Part shown: one piece after another, positions 35,368 to 44,953 of the stretch | Layout of the letters: every line of letters begins with the position of its first letter | How positions within the stretch are numbered: position 1 is the stretch's first letter | Assembly: GCA_900128395.1 (NCBI GenBank) | Contig: LT649253.1 | Coordinates: 1 to 59,699 of the forward strand | Direction: 5' to 3' | Source: Stramenopiles sp. TOSAG23-2 | Taxonomy: Eukaryota | DNA: 59,699 nt | Notes under the pieces: generated by a model | What the model saw: only the letters and a program-made list of their open reading frames with translations | Database searches by the model: none | Told to the model about the DNA's origin: nothing | Translations under genes and position numbers: made by a program

Positions 35368-36657
35368 ATGCCAGCTGTAAATTCAAAACCAGAAAATGGA
35401 ACAATGCAACTAACCAAAAAACAAAAAAGTGCATTACAACAACTTCGTAATTTAGTGTTTTTGAATTTATTTTCATGGTTAATGATGATACCAGCACGTC
35501 CAGAAATGGTATTAAGAATTACAAATAATAATCCTGTACAAACATCACAAATTTTAGGATTAATGACTGCCGGGGCAGGTTTATTTGAATTCCTATCAAC
35601 ACAAGTCTTTGGAAGAGTATCGGATAAAATTGGAAGAAAACCCGCTTTATTGACTTGTACAGGTACTTGTTTTATATTTCGATTTTTGGATTATCTTTTG
35701 TGTGATGGTGGGTATGCAAGTGTAGTTACCGCAAACTGGCTGGATCGATTATTTGCTGGAGCATGTTTCCCAGCATTACTTACGGTTGCATCTGCATCTA
35801 TCGGTGACCAAATTGAAGGAAAGTTATTGGTAAATGAAGGTGCTGTGACGGCTATTTATGCTGGTTTAGGGATTATGCTAGGGCCCTGGGTAGGCGCACA
35901 AGTGCTTGGATATACTGGAAATCCCAAATATACTGCCTTGACTGCAAGTTTATGTTCACTTGCAACTTTCGCTTATATTTATTTTCAATGTGATGAAACG
36001 TTGGATGAAGATAAGCGAAGAGATATTGATTGGAAAGCTTGCAATCCATTTCGATTTCTTCAATTGTTTCAAGGAAATGAAGTAATGACGTTATTAAGCC
36101 GTACATTATTTTTACAATCAATTGTTAACGATATGCACGATGTACGTATGGTATTATTGAAAACCAAAGTTGGTTTAACACCATATCAAACTGGGACATA
36201 CATGTTAGGCAATGGTCTATCTTATTTATGTGGTGGATGGGTTGCAAAAAAGACACTTGATTATTTGGGTATGTTTGGCCATACTTCATTATGTCATATT
36301 GTATTTGTATGGACGATGTATATGTGGGGTGGTGCAAGCAAATGGTATCATGTAGCATTAGCGTTGGTCGGAGATACGCTTGCAAATAAAAAAGGGATTG
36401 CAACTGATGCATTGTTGCAAACGCAATGTTATGAAGCTGGTTATGGAAAAGGAGAAACAAATGCTATGATTAGAAATATGGGAAATGTATGCAAAATTTT
36501 AGGACCATACACTTTTACGTTGATGTTTGGACGATTTGGCCAATTTAGTCCATTTTTAGTTGGAAGTGTAGCGGTTGGCATTGCTCAAATGTTAATGATG
36601 AGCGGAAATGGAAAAAAAGCATTTACATTCCAAAAAAAGAAGAAAGACACAAAATAG
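35368..36657 (+). CDS. Major facilitator superfamily transporter (TetA/DHA1-like), 429 aa
   Basis: MFS motif A FGRVSDKIGRKP, motif C-like GLGIMLGPWVG, ETL...NPF after TM6, ~12 hydrophobic segments. Confidence 0.9.
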   Translation: MPAVNSKPENGTMQLTKKQKSALQQLRNLVFLNLFSWLMMIPARPEMVLRITNNNPVQTSQILGLMTAGAGLFEFLSTQVFGRVSDKIGRKPALLTCTGTCFIFRFLDYLLCDGGYASVVTANWLDRLFAGACFPALLTVASASIGDQIEGKLLVNEGAVTAIYAGLGIMLGPWVGAQVLGYTGNPKYTALTASLCSLATFAYIYFQCDETLDEDKRRDIDWKACNPFRFLQLFQGNEVMTLLSRTLFLQSIVNDMHDVRMVLLKTKVGLTPYQTGTYMLGNGLSYLCGGWVAKKTLDYLGMFGHTSLCHIVFVWTMYMWGGASKWYHVALALVGDTLANKKGIATDALLQTQCYEAGYGKGETNAMIRNMGNVCKILGPYTFTLMFGRFGQFSPFLVGSVAVGIAQMLMMSGNGKKAFTFQKKKKDTK

Positions 36658-37080
36658 AGAGAAAAGGGTGGTGGTGTGTGTGTGTGAGTGTTTCGAAAGA
36701 TTTTCCCCAGCGATTTTCCAAAATGTGGTGTTGTTGTGTGTGGTGTAAAAAACTTAATTTTTGTCTTACATGAGAGAGGTAATGATTTCAAAATATTAAT
36801 TTCTCTTTATAGAAATATTAATAACGAAATATTAATACGATCGTACGAAATATACGAACAGTTCGTATATATATAATATTTTACGTATGATAAAAATGGA
36901 AGGTGTAAAAATATTTTAAAATATATTTTTTCCTGAAGAAAACTACTTTTCTTTCTTCACATTAAATCTAGATACTACACTGTACCATCTCATATTCGTA
37001 CGTCATACATAAATTATAATACTTTTTTGTACACAAAAACAACAATTCGCCGTACAAAACGTAATATTTTTTTAAAAAAA

Positions 37081-37821
37081 TTACATTACAATACATGATT
37101 TTTTACTCTCTTTCACAGGTATTAATTTTGATGTCGTCTTCATCTTTTTCACGTATGTATCTGGTATCATTCCAGATTTGCCATTTTTTTGGTGTTTCGC
37201 CATCAACCATCCTGCTGGTTCTTCAATTATTTCTATTACTTCTAAAACATCATCCTTCTTAAACTCTAATTCATCATCATTTTCTGGAATGAAATCATAG
37301 ACTCCAATTACAAGCATACCAGATTTCATTACATTTTGATCAGTATTATCATTATCAGAAGCTGCTTCATCACCTATCTTTTTCGTAACTTCTTCTTCTT
37401 GTCTATTTTGAAGTTCTTTTTTTGTTGCCAATTCTACAGCTTTTATTTTTTTAATGCGTTCTTCTTCCATTTTTTTTGCTATATCTGCTGCTTTTTGTTC
37501 AGCTTCTTCTTGAGCTTTTTGTTCTTGCTTCTTTCTCAAAGCTGATTTTTTTGTTTCTTGCTCTTTTTTCAAACGAGCTGTCGCCTCCTCTTTCGCCTCT
37601 TTTGCTCTTTGCTTCGCTTCTTCTTTTTCACGTTTCTTTTGTGCAGCAATAGCTAATTCTTCTTGTTTTTTTCTTACACGCGCTGCTTCTTTTTCTTGTT
37701 TCACTTTTTCCTGTTTTTCTTCTTCCTCTAATTTCAATTTCTGTTTTGCAGCTGACTCTTCTTTTAAATTTTTAACTGTACATTTATATATTTCAAAACT
37801 ACACGTTTTGATTTGATCTGT
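37081..37821 (-). CDS. K/E coiled-coil + SH3 protein ending in a CAAX box (CIVM); 5' end unresolved
   Basis: SH3 GVYDFIPENDDELEFKKDDVLEV...GWLMAK...GMIPDTYVK; C-terminus KESKKSCIVM*; no ATG before the coil, in-frame TGA at 37824-37822. Confidence 0.75.
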   Translation of the reverse strand, partial: TDQIKTCSFEIYKCTVKNLKEESAAKQKLKLEEEEKQEKVKQEKEAARVRKKQEELAIAAQKKREKEEAKQRAKEAKEEATARLKKEQETKKSALRKKQEQKAQEEAEQKAADIAKKMEEERIKKIKAVELATKKELQNRQEEEVTKKIGDEAASDNDNTDQNVMKSGMLVIGVYDFIPENDDELEFKKDDVLEVIEIIEEPAGWLMAKHQKNGKSGMIPDTYVKKMKTTSKLIPVKESKKSCIVM

Positions 37822-38298
37822 TCAATCTATTTGTTTACAATCTATATCTCTTGTTAATATGTTTTTGTTTCTACAAATGCAAATGATGAATGAAAATATA
37901 TATATATGTTAGTATTTGCCATTTCTAATGGTATGTTGCTTGTAAATTTCTGATTACAAATTAAAACTAAAGACAATTGGAAAAGGCTTTCCCCCACTTT
38001 TTTTTCATCAATTCCTTCTCGTGTCCTCTTTTTGTGTTCCAATAGTTAGAATTAGGGTTAGTGGTAAATCTTTGGTTTCCGACTAAATCTTGGTTCAGCT
38101 CAAAAATTATATTTACAATATCCGGTATACGAGAAAGAGTCTGACCATAGCCATACCAGGGCATACCACCGGTATTTACGTTGTAAAAAGATACCGTGTA
38201 GACGAAAGATACCGTATAAATTTTTAAAAGGATGTATGTATGACATATGCAGGGACGGGGAGGAGCATTGACGTTTTGTTGGTTTTGTGTGTTGGCAA

Positions 38299-40638
38299 AT
38301 GAAAGAATTGGATGTAGAGGCAGCTGTGTCTCCCTCGGTATCCCCATACCGAGTGCACAGGTTAAGTGTGGATTCTGGTAAAAATAATATGCGTCAACGA
38401 ATTTTTACCTCCAAAAAATTTGGCGCATCTTGGAGCGAACAACAAATTGCTGCTGAAAAAGAGGTACTACTGGTTGAAATACGTCGTTATTGGATTTCGT
38501 TTCTGGGGTTTACAGTCGATGTTATCATTCGATGGATTGTCACTTTGCTTGAAGCAAGCAAAAGTAATGACTCTATTTTAGTATCTTTCCTTTTTTTTGT
38601 AGTAATTTGGAGTACGTTCACATGTGTGAATATGTTTTATTATACGCGAAAAAGCATTAATGATTCTATGTTTGTATTGGAAAATGGCTACGCTCGGCAC
38701 TGGACAGTTCGTAGAATGATTAATCCATCCAATCTGTTGCAAACCAAGGATTTACAAAGGCACGACAATGGCGTGGATGCTGCCCGGGATTACCGACTCG
38801 TGCGAGATGAACATAAAAGAAAATTATTTATGTTAAGATGGTATTTAGCTTTAGGCTTCTTTGTTGATTTACCATGGATTATCTTGACAATTGCAAAACA
38901 GTTCGTGTCCAAGGTAGATACCTCTGTAAACTATACATCCATATTTTCGGATATATCATTTATTACCGTTGGTATTTCTCTTGGTATTAAAATTTCTCGT
39001 GTTGGTATATATTTTGATCTCCTCAGAAAATATCAAACTAGTAAAAAGATGGCAGTTCGTTTGCTTGAAGTTTGTCAAAGTAAATTAGAAACTGCTTCCA
39101 GTGCTAGCACAAATGATAATACGGCTAATGCTGTTAATGAGGCGTACCAAACACTTTTAACTGATTTGTCCTGCCCACCAACATTTTTAGTCATAACATT
39201 AAGTGCATCACATGATTGTGTAGCAGCGACTAGTGCGGTAAAAAAATTAAATGGTATATCCTCATTTGTCGGTAGCAGTGTATGTTTAGGAGTTATTAGT
39301 AATGGAAAATACACAGGTGGCGGAGAAGAGAATCAAGATCATGTTACCTCCTGTGGCATGTATGGGGTTGTAGACCATGAGGGTGTGTACATACCGTCTA
39401 TAGTAGATTTAGAAGATACTGGCAAGTTACTTATTGAAGATATTGTTGCGGCAGATATAAAACAAGTTTTACTACGTGTGGCAAGCATTCAACATGGGAC
39501 TGACGAGGAGACTGAAACCAGGCTTTTGGGCCTTCCCAGTGATACTGTTGAATCATTTCGAGCATTTCACCATCCGGGTAGGTTACCGGCCTTCATTTGG
39601 CTCCATGCTTGTTCAGGCATTGAGGAAAGAATTTTGAAAGGATTTCGTGCTGCCTTAGGAAGCAGCGTGATCGTAGTTGGTGGCTCCAGTGCAGATGATG
39701 GGGAAATGAACTCCGACCATTATTTTTGGCTGGCATCAAATAAGTCATCGTCTCCAGCAGCATTTGAATGCATCAAAGGTCGATTAGCCATTTCATATTC
39801 TGTTTGCTATCCTTCTGTCCAAACATATTTTTCCTTCTGGTCTGGATATTACCCGACTGCCATTACTGGCCGTATAACATCGATGAATGGACCACGGGAA
39901 ATCGCAACGATTGATGGAGAAGAAGCAATATCAGTATATAATAAATGGACGGGAGGCATTTTAGGGGAAAAGGGAGTATCGTGTGCAGAAGAAAAAGTTA
40001 TTATTGCAGAGAGTGTCCCTCAACCATTGGGAAAGCAGCTAGGTATCAATTTCAACCAAGAGCCGTATTATCAATTAATCCACCCAATCATAACCAAAGA
40101 GGGTGCTGTCAGTATCGCTGTAAATTTGACAGTTGGTGATGAAATAACATTGATGCATGGAACGGAAGGTAGCCTCCGTACTCGAATAGGTCGTATGGCA
40201 AATCATATTGTAAAAAAGAAATATAATAATTTTCAAACTGATGTTCAAGGAGCATTGATGATTTACTGCGGGGGTGTAGCTTTGCATGTAAATCAAACCG
40301 GTGGGCTGCACAATGTTGCAGAAAATATCGAAGCTGCTATGAAGGGAAAACCACACATGTGTCTCTTTACATTTGGGGAACAAGGTTATTTTCATCATGG
40401 AGAATCTGGACATGGGAGTTTGATGTTTTCGGTCGCCCTCTTTAGTAGCACCCGTGCATCTGTGAAAGTCATGGATATTGATTCCGGGGAAATGTTTATA
40501 GAAGGCACCAATTCGTTTGAAACGTTGAAACAACACCACACTGCATCGAAACGATACTGCAACATGCTTCAGTCGGATTCACTAATTGATAAAACGATTG
40601 ATCGTAAAGAAAGTTTTACAACTGCGCTGAAGTGTTAA
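38299..40638 (+). CDS. Membrane-anchored FIST (FIST-N + FIST-C) sensory-domain protein, ~779 aa
   Basis: Four hydrophobic segments in the N-terminal third; FVGSSVCLGV, VVGGSSADD, REIATIDGEEA...YNKW, PLG, LMHGT, GALMIYCGG and FTFGEQG are hallmark FIST motifs; ATG at 38299, intronless. Confidence 0.85.
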   Translation: MKELDVEAAVSPSVSPYRVHRLSVDSGKNNMRQRIFTSKKFGASWSEQQIAAEKEVLLVEIRRYWISFLGFTVDVIIRWIVTLLEASKSNDSILVSFLFFVVIWSTFTCVNMFYYTRKSINDSMFVLENGYARHWTVRRMINPSNLLQTKDLQRHDNGVDAARDYRLVRDEHKRKLFMLRWYLALGFFVDLPWIILTIAKQFVSKVDTSVNYTSIFSDISFITVGISLGIKISRVGIYFDLLRKYQTSKKMAVRLLEVCQSKLETASSASTNDNTANAVNEAYQTLLTDLSCPPTFLVITLSASHDCVAATSAVKKLNGISSFVGSSVCLGVISNGKYTGGGEENQDHVTSCGMYGVVDHEGVYIPSIVDLEDTGKLLIEDIVAADIKQVLLRVASIQHGTDEETETRLLGLPSDTVESFRAFHHPGRLPAFIWLHACSGIEERILKGFRAALGSSVIVVGGSSADDGEMNSDHYFWLASNKSSSPAAFECIKGRLAISYSVCYPSVQTYFSFWSGYYPTAITGRITSMNGPREIATIDGEEAISVYNKWTGGILGEKGVSCAEEKVIIAESVPQPLGKQLGINFNQEPYYQLIHPIITKEGAVSIAVNLTVGDEITLMHGTEGSLRTRIGRMANHIVKKKYNNFQTDVQGALMIYCGGVALHVNQTGGLHNVAENIEAAMKGKPHMCLFTFGEQGYFHHGESGHGSLMFSVALFSSTRASVKVMDIDSGEMFIEGTNSFETLKQHHTASKRYCNMLQSDSLIDKTIDRKESFTTALKC

Positions 40639-40794
40639 AATTAGCGCGCCATTAGGGCATCGATAAAAATGATTTACGAAAACGGTTGCTAATATGTACC
40701 CTGCCGTGTATTCGGTGAGAGATAATATTATGAAATATGTAAAATAATTTAATTTACGCATAATTTATTTTTAATTTACTCATGATAATTCCTA

Positions 40795-40866
40795 NNNNNN
40801 NNNNNNNNNNNNNNNNNNNNNNNNNNNNNNNNNNNNNNNNNNNNNNNNNNNNNNNNNNNNNNNNNN
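40795..40866. other. Assembly gap (72 N) flanked on both sides by ATAATTCCTA
   Basis: N run; the same 10-mer ends the left contig and starts the right contig. Confidence 0.95.
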
Positions 40867-41604
40867 ATAATTCCTACTCTTCAAAAGAATAAAATAACTG
40901 AAATAATCTATCTCACACATTCATTTCATTGTATATAATATTTATTGAGTTTGAGAGTTAGCTGGTTAGGTATAGTTAGGTGCATATTATATAATCACTA
41001 GCACTACAATATCACTATACAGATGTACACGCCACGTACGTGTAATACTGTAATATGTACGGATCTTTCCCTGTTTTTTTATTTTAATTTATTTTACTCT
41101 CTCTGCTCTCCTCATCTTCTTTACGATGTAAGGTTTTCGGCATGATTTTTGAGATCGGCAATATTATTTGGTGTGTAGTTGCTAGTTGAGTTATACACAG
41201 CACTAGGAAAATAGTATAAAATAAAAAAAAAATATATTTGCTTCTTTGTGATATATCGGAACGAGAATTAAATAATTTTCATTTTCAAATGCATATGAGG
41301 TATTACATATACTTATACCAAATGTCCTCTGTAAACCAAGATTTCACAACTAGAAGCAAACGCATTGAAGGCCAAATATGAGTCTGGATTTGGGTTTATA
41401 TCTATCTCACTAAACTTGAAAAGATGGACACAATGAATCGTAACATTGCGATTAGAGTTCATTGAAATCCACAGAGTGTGCCAATATTTTAAGATACGAG
41501 TATAAAAAAATATTACGGTTCGTAAAATTAAAGCTTTATTCGTATAAAAATATATATATTATAAATTATATTTTAAAAGACAAATTATTAAATTTCTCCC
41601 ACAC

Positions 41605-44055
41605 TTACTTTGGCGGAGGTTTTGGTGCTTTTTTACTTGGTGGTCTGTACATTGCTGAAATCGCAGGATTTTTTGGCTTGTTTTGACCAGAAAAAGAACT
41701 GCGGCGAATGCGACTATTATTTGAATTTGGTGTTGTCGTCGATGGAGGTGGTGGTGGTGCAAAGCTCCGTCCTCTATTTCTCATTGATGTATTATTATTG
41801 TCCACAGACGGTGCTGGACTTCTATATATACTAGATGGTGATGCATAATTATTTATTTGTTTCTGTCTTAAATTTTTAATTTCTTCTTGCATATATTGAG
41901 CTTTTGGCATTACTTTTACACGTAAATCATTCCAAGTTTCACGCTGGGTACGACGCATTGCTTTTATTGCTATATCGCCTCTTTTTTGTAATAATGGAAG
42001 AATAATTTTCTCAAATCCATCACATACTTCAGGTTTTAAATGTGCCAATTCAAGTCCTTGGCGAAATTTCTTATTATTCGTTTCCACTGATTGACCACTA
42101 ACAATATGATCAAGCCATTTTTGCATAAATTTCAAACGTTTTGGATCATCCGTCCAATGATCTAAAATATGTAAAACGACGGGAGATCTTAAATTCATTG
42201 GTGGTGTTGGATGCAAGGAAAGGTCTATTGATGCCCACTTTTCATCTTCCGGTTCTTCATAACTTTTTTTAATTTCTAAACGTAAATTTTCTAACTTTTC
42301 CTCCAGCTCTTGTTGGTGTTTCGTTGCAGTTGTCAATCGTAAACGTTTTATTTCTTCTTCAAATTCAATATCTTTTGCTCGATCTAACGTTTCCCATCTT
42401 CGTTCTTTTTGTAAAAATTCATTTGTAATCCTATCTACTTCAAGACCTTTTTGAGTACGAAGAGCGTTTATTTCATCATCATGAAATTTCGTAAGTTCCT
42501 CTTTGTTTCTTTTGAAATTCTTGATTGTTTGCTCTAACTCTTCCACTTTATCTTCCAATTGTTCGCATTTAGCTTCAGCTGCTGTTATTGATGCTTGCGA
42601 TGCCATATGTTTTGCTAATGATTCCTCATGGTGTTTCTGTAATGTTGAGGAATGTTCATTGCGCAACGAATTTTCAACGTCCATTTTTGCAAGTTCAATG
42701 GCAGCATTCTTTTCACTATGAAATCGTTGTTTTGCATCATCTAACGTTTTTGCAATGGCATTTTCTACTGCTAATTTCTTATCAGATGCCCAACGTTTTT
42801 GCCAAAATGACAAAGACGTTTCAAATTCATTTGACTTTTCCTTTTCCCATTCCGTTTTCTTCTCTTCAAATAATTGTTGTCGTAATGTTTCTTGAGTTTG
42901 TTTCTCAGCATTCACTGCATTTTCAATTAAAGACATTGTTTCATTTTGAATCTTATTGATAGTATCTACATGTTTCGTACTTTCATCTTTTAATTTTTTG
43001 ATTTCTTCCATCGCTACATTTAATTTTGATTGTAAGTCATCAGCACGATCACTTTGTTGTCCTGCAGCTTGCAACGCTTCACTTAAAATTTCCTCATGAC
43101 GTGTTGTTGATGTTGTACTTTTACTTTCCTGAGCTTTGACTTTAGTTTTTAAATTTTCAATTTCCAATTGTAAAACTTTCATTTCTTCACTCTTTTCATT
43201 ATTAATTTTATTAATTATTTTTTCCTTTGAATTATCCTCATCATTTGAATTATTATTATTATTATTATCCTCATCATTTGAATTATTATTGTTATTATTA
43301 TTATTATTATTATTATCATCATCCTTATTATTATTATTATTTAGTAACAATAAATCAAATTCTTCTTTTGACTCTTTCAATTCCATTTCTAATTTATTAA
43401 CCAATGTTTTTAAGCGTTCTATTTCAATATCTTTTTGTTCTGATGCTTTCAATGTTTCACTTAAAATTTCTTCATGATGAGCAGCTTGTGATTGCAATAG
43501 AGCTTGCGATACATTACTATTATTATTTGAAGGTGATGATAAACGTCCAATTTTTTCTTGAAGGTCAACTTTATCTTTCCTTTCCTTTACAAATTCTTCT
43601 TCCATTAATTTTAATTGATCTTTATAACGATCACGCTCCTGTTTCACTTCATTCATTTCAATACGAAATTTAGCCATTCGACGATCTGCTTCTTGTTTTG
43701 CAATTTGACGTAGCATTTGCTCCATAGGTACTTTCTGGTTTTGATTACTATTTGTTGTTGCAGCAGCATTATTGTTGTTGTTGTTGTTCATATTATCATT
43801 ATTATTAACATCATCTGTTGTTTTAGCTGTTTCATTACTTTCTACTTTTACAGCAGTCGTAGGTGGCGTGGCGGTTGACCCCCAACTAGAAATTGATGAG
43901 AAAAAATTAGTAGCAGTTGATAATGCATTTGCTACTTTCCCATTCTCGTCATCCTTTTCAGCAATATTTTTTGTTGCATTATTATTATTATCATCAGTTG
44001 TTTCTTTATCATCCTCACGTGGTGAATATGGTGGTGGTGGTGGTGGATCTGACAT
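41605..44055 (-). CDS. Long coiled-coil protein with Pro-rich ends and a small globular C-terminal domain, 816 aa
   Basis: PPPPPPY N-terminus, poly-Asn, extended heptads, SPVVLHILDHWTDDPKRLKFMQKWL...GLELAHLKPEVCDGFEKIILPLL; function unknown. Confidence 0.8.
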   Translation of the reverse strand: MSDPPPPPPYSPREDDKETTDDNNNNATKNIAEKDDENGKVANALSTATNFFSSISSWGSTATPPTTAVKVESNETAKTTDDVNNNDNMNNNNNNNAAATTNSNQNQKVPMEQMLRQIAKQEADRRMAKFRIEMNEVKQERDRYKDQLKLMEEEFVKERKDKVDLQEKIGRLSSPSNNNSNVSQALLQSQAAHHEEILSETLKASEQKDIEIERLKTLVNKLEMELKESKEEFDLLLLNNNNNKDDDNNNNNNNNNNNSNDEDNNNNNNSNDEDNSKEKIINKINNEKSEEMKVLQLEIENLKTKVKAQESKSTTSTTRHEEILSEALQAAGQQSDRADDLQSKLNVAMEEIKKLKDESTKHVDTINKIQNETMSLIENAVNAEKQTQETLRQQLFEEKKTEWEKEKSNEFETSLSFWQKRWASDKKLAVENAIAKTLDDAKQRFHSEKNAAIELAKMDVENSLRNEHSSTLQKHHEESLAKHMASQASITAAEAKCEQLEDKVEELEQTIKNFKRNKEELTKFHDDEINALRTQKGLEVDRITNEFLQKERRWETLDRAKDIEFEEEIKRLRLTTATKHQQELEEKLENLRLEIKKSYEEPEDEKWASIDLSLHPTPPMNLRSPVVLHILDHWTDDPKRLKFMQKWLDHIVSGQSVETNNKKFRQGLELAHLKPEVCDGFEKIILPLLQKRGDIAIKAMRRTQRETWNDLRVKVMPKAQYMQEEIKNLRQKQINNYASPSSIYRSPAPSVDNNNTSMRNRGRSFAPPPPPSTTTPNSNNSRIRRSSFSGQNKPKNPAISAMYRPPSKKAPKPPPK

Positions 44056-44360
44056 TTTTACAACTATATATGAGTATATATATATATAATTTCAAAAGTG
44101 TCTGTTATTCAAGATGTATGAATTAAATCTTAATCTCACTCTCTCTCTCTTATTGTTTTAATTATATTGAATCTATATGTTCTTTTGTAATATACTACCT
44201 ATAAGATATACCATCTACACGGCCAAATCAACATTCATCAATTTTATAATTTAAATTATTATTATTTTTTAAAATAATAAAAAAAAATAATAAAAAAAAA
44301 AGATCGACGACGACGACGACGATCCTTCTTCGATGATGATGTGATTTGCACACATTCTTA

Positions 44361-44527
44361 CATAAGGAAAAATTTCTGGAATCCGTCATACTTTTTTAAA
44401 AATATATTAAGTATATATATTTATATACTAAGATTCCGAATTTATTTGGTAGAAGTATTAGTGTACAAATATATATACTTAATATATTTAAAAAAAGTAT
44501 GACGGATTTCAGAAATTTTTCCTTATG
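44361..44527. mobile_element. MITE (167 bp) with ~70-bp terminal inverted repeats and TA target-site duplication, Tc1/mariner-type
   Basis: TA|CATAAGGAAAAATTTCTGGAATCCGTCATACTTTTTT...AAAAAAAGTATGACGGATTTCAGAAATTTTTCCTTATG|TA; few mismatches between arms; non-coding. Confidence 0.8.
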
Positions 44528-44953
44528 TACAGAAGTCGGCGGAATGATGATTTTTTAGAATCTATCTCTACAATATCAACAAGCAGGATGTTCCTCAATG
44601 CTGTTGTCCTGCTGCTGAGCCCTTGTTTTTAAAATTACAAAATTAAAACTACACAGTATGGAGGAAACAAAATGAGATCAAACAAAACCCTAACACTAAT
44701 CACAGCCTAATATTTTTTTGTTGTTGTTGTTGTTTTTTATAGAGTGGATCCTCTCTAGTTTTTTTTAAGATCTAAATTATAATGGATGTATGAAAATAAA
44801 TTGAAACAAATGTTATACATTGTGTGTGTGTGTTTTTTTTTTTTTTGTGGAAAATAAAGAAGAAGAAACAATTTCAAAGTCCCCCTTACTATTTTTAACA
44901 TATTTCTTCAACAGAGAAAAAAAAAGTAATTTTTTTTTGTGTGTGTGGGAAAT

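Noticed and set aside
35368..36657. Acquired bacterial tetracycline-resistance gene
   Set aside because: TetA-like MFS proteins are widespread in eukaryotes; there is no tetR or mobile context and the composition resembles neighbouring genes
40785..40876. ATAATTCCTA on both sides of the N gap as a 10-bp transposon TSD
   Set aside because: No element ends are visible and the gap is only 72 N; a simple contig-end overlap is more parsimonious
43225..43345. (AAT)n/(TTA)n tracts and (TA)n, (GA)n, (GT)n runs as special elements
   Set aside because: Ordinary poly-Asn coding tracts and microsatellites expected in an AT-rich protist genome
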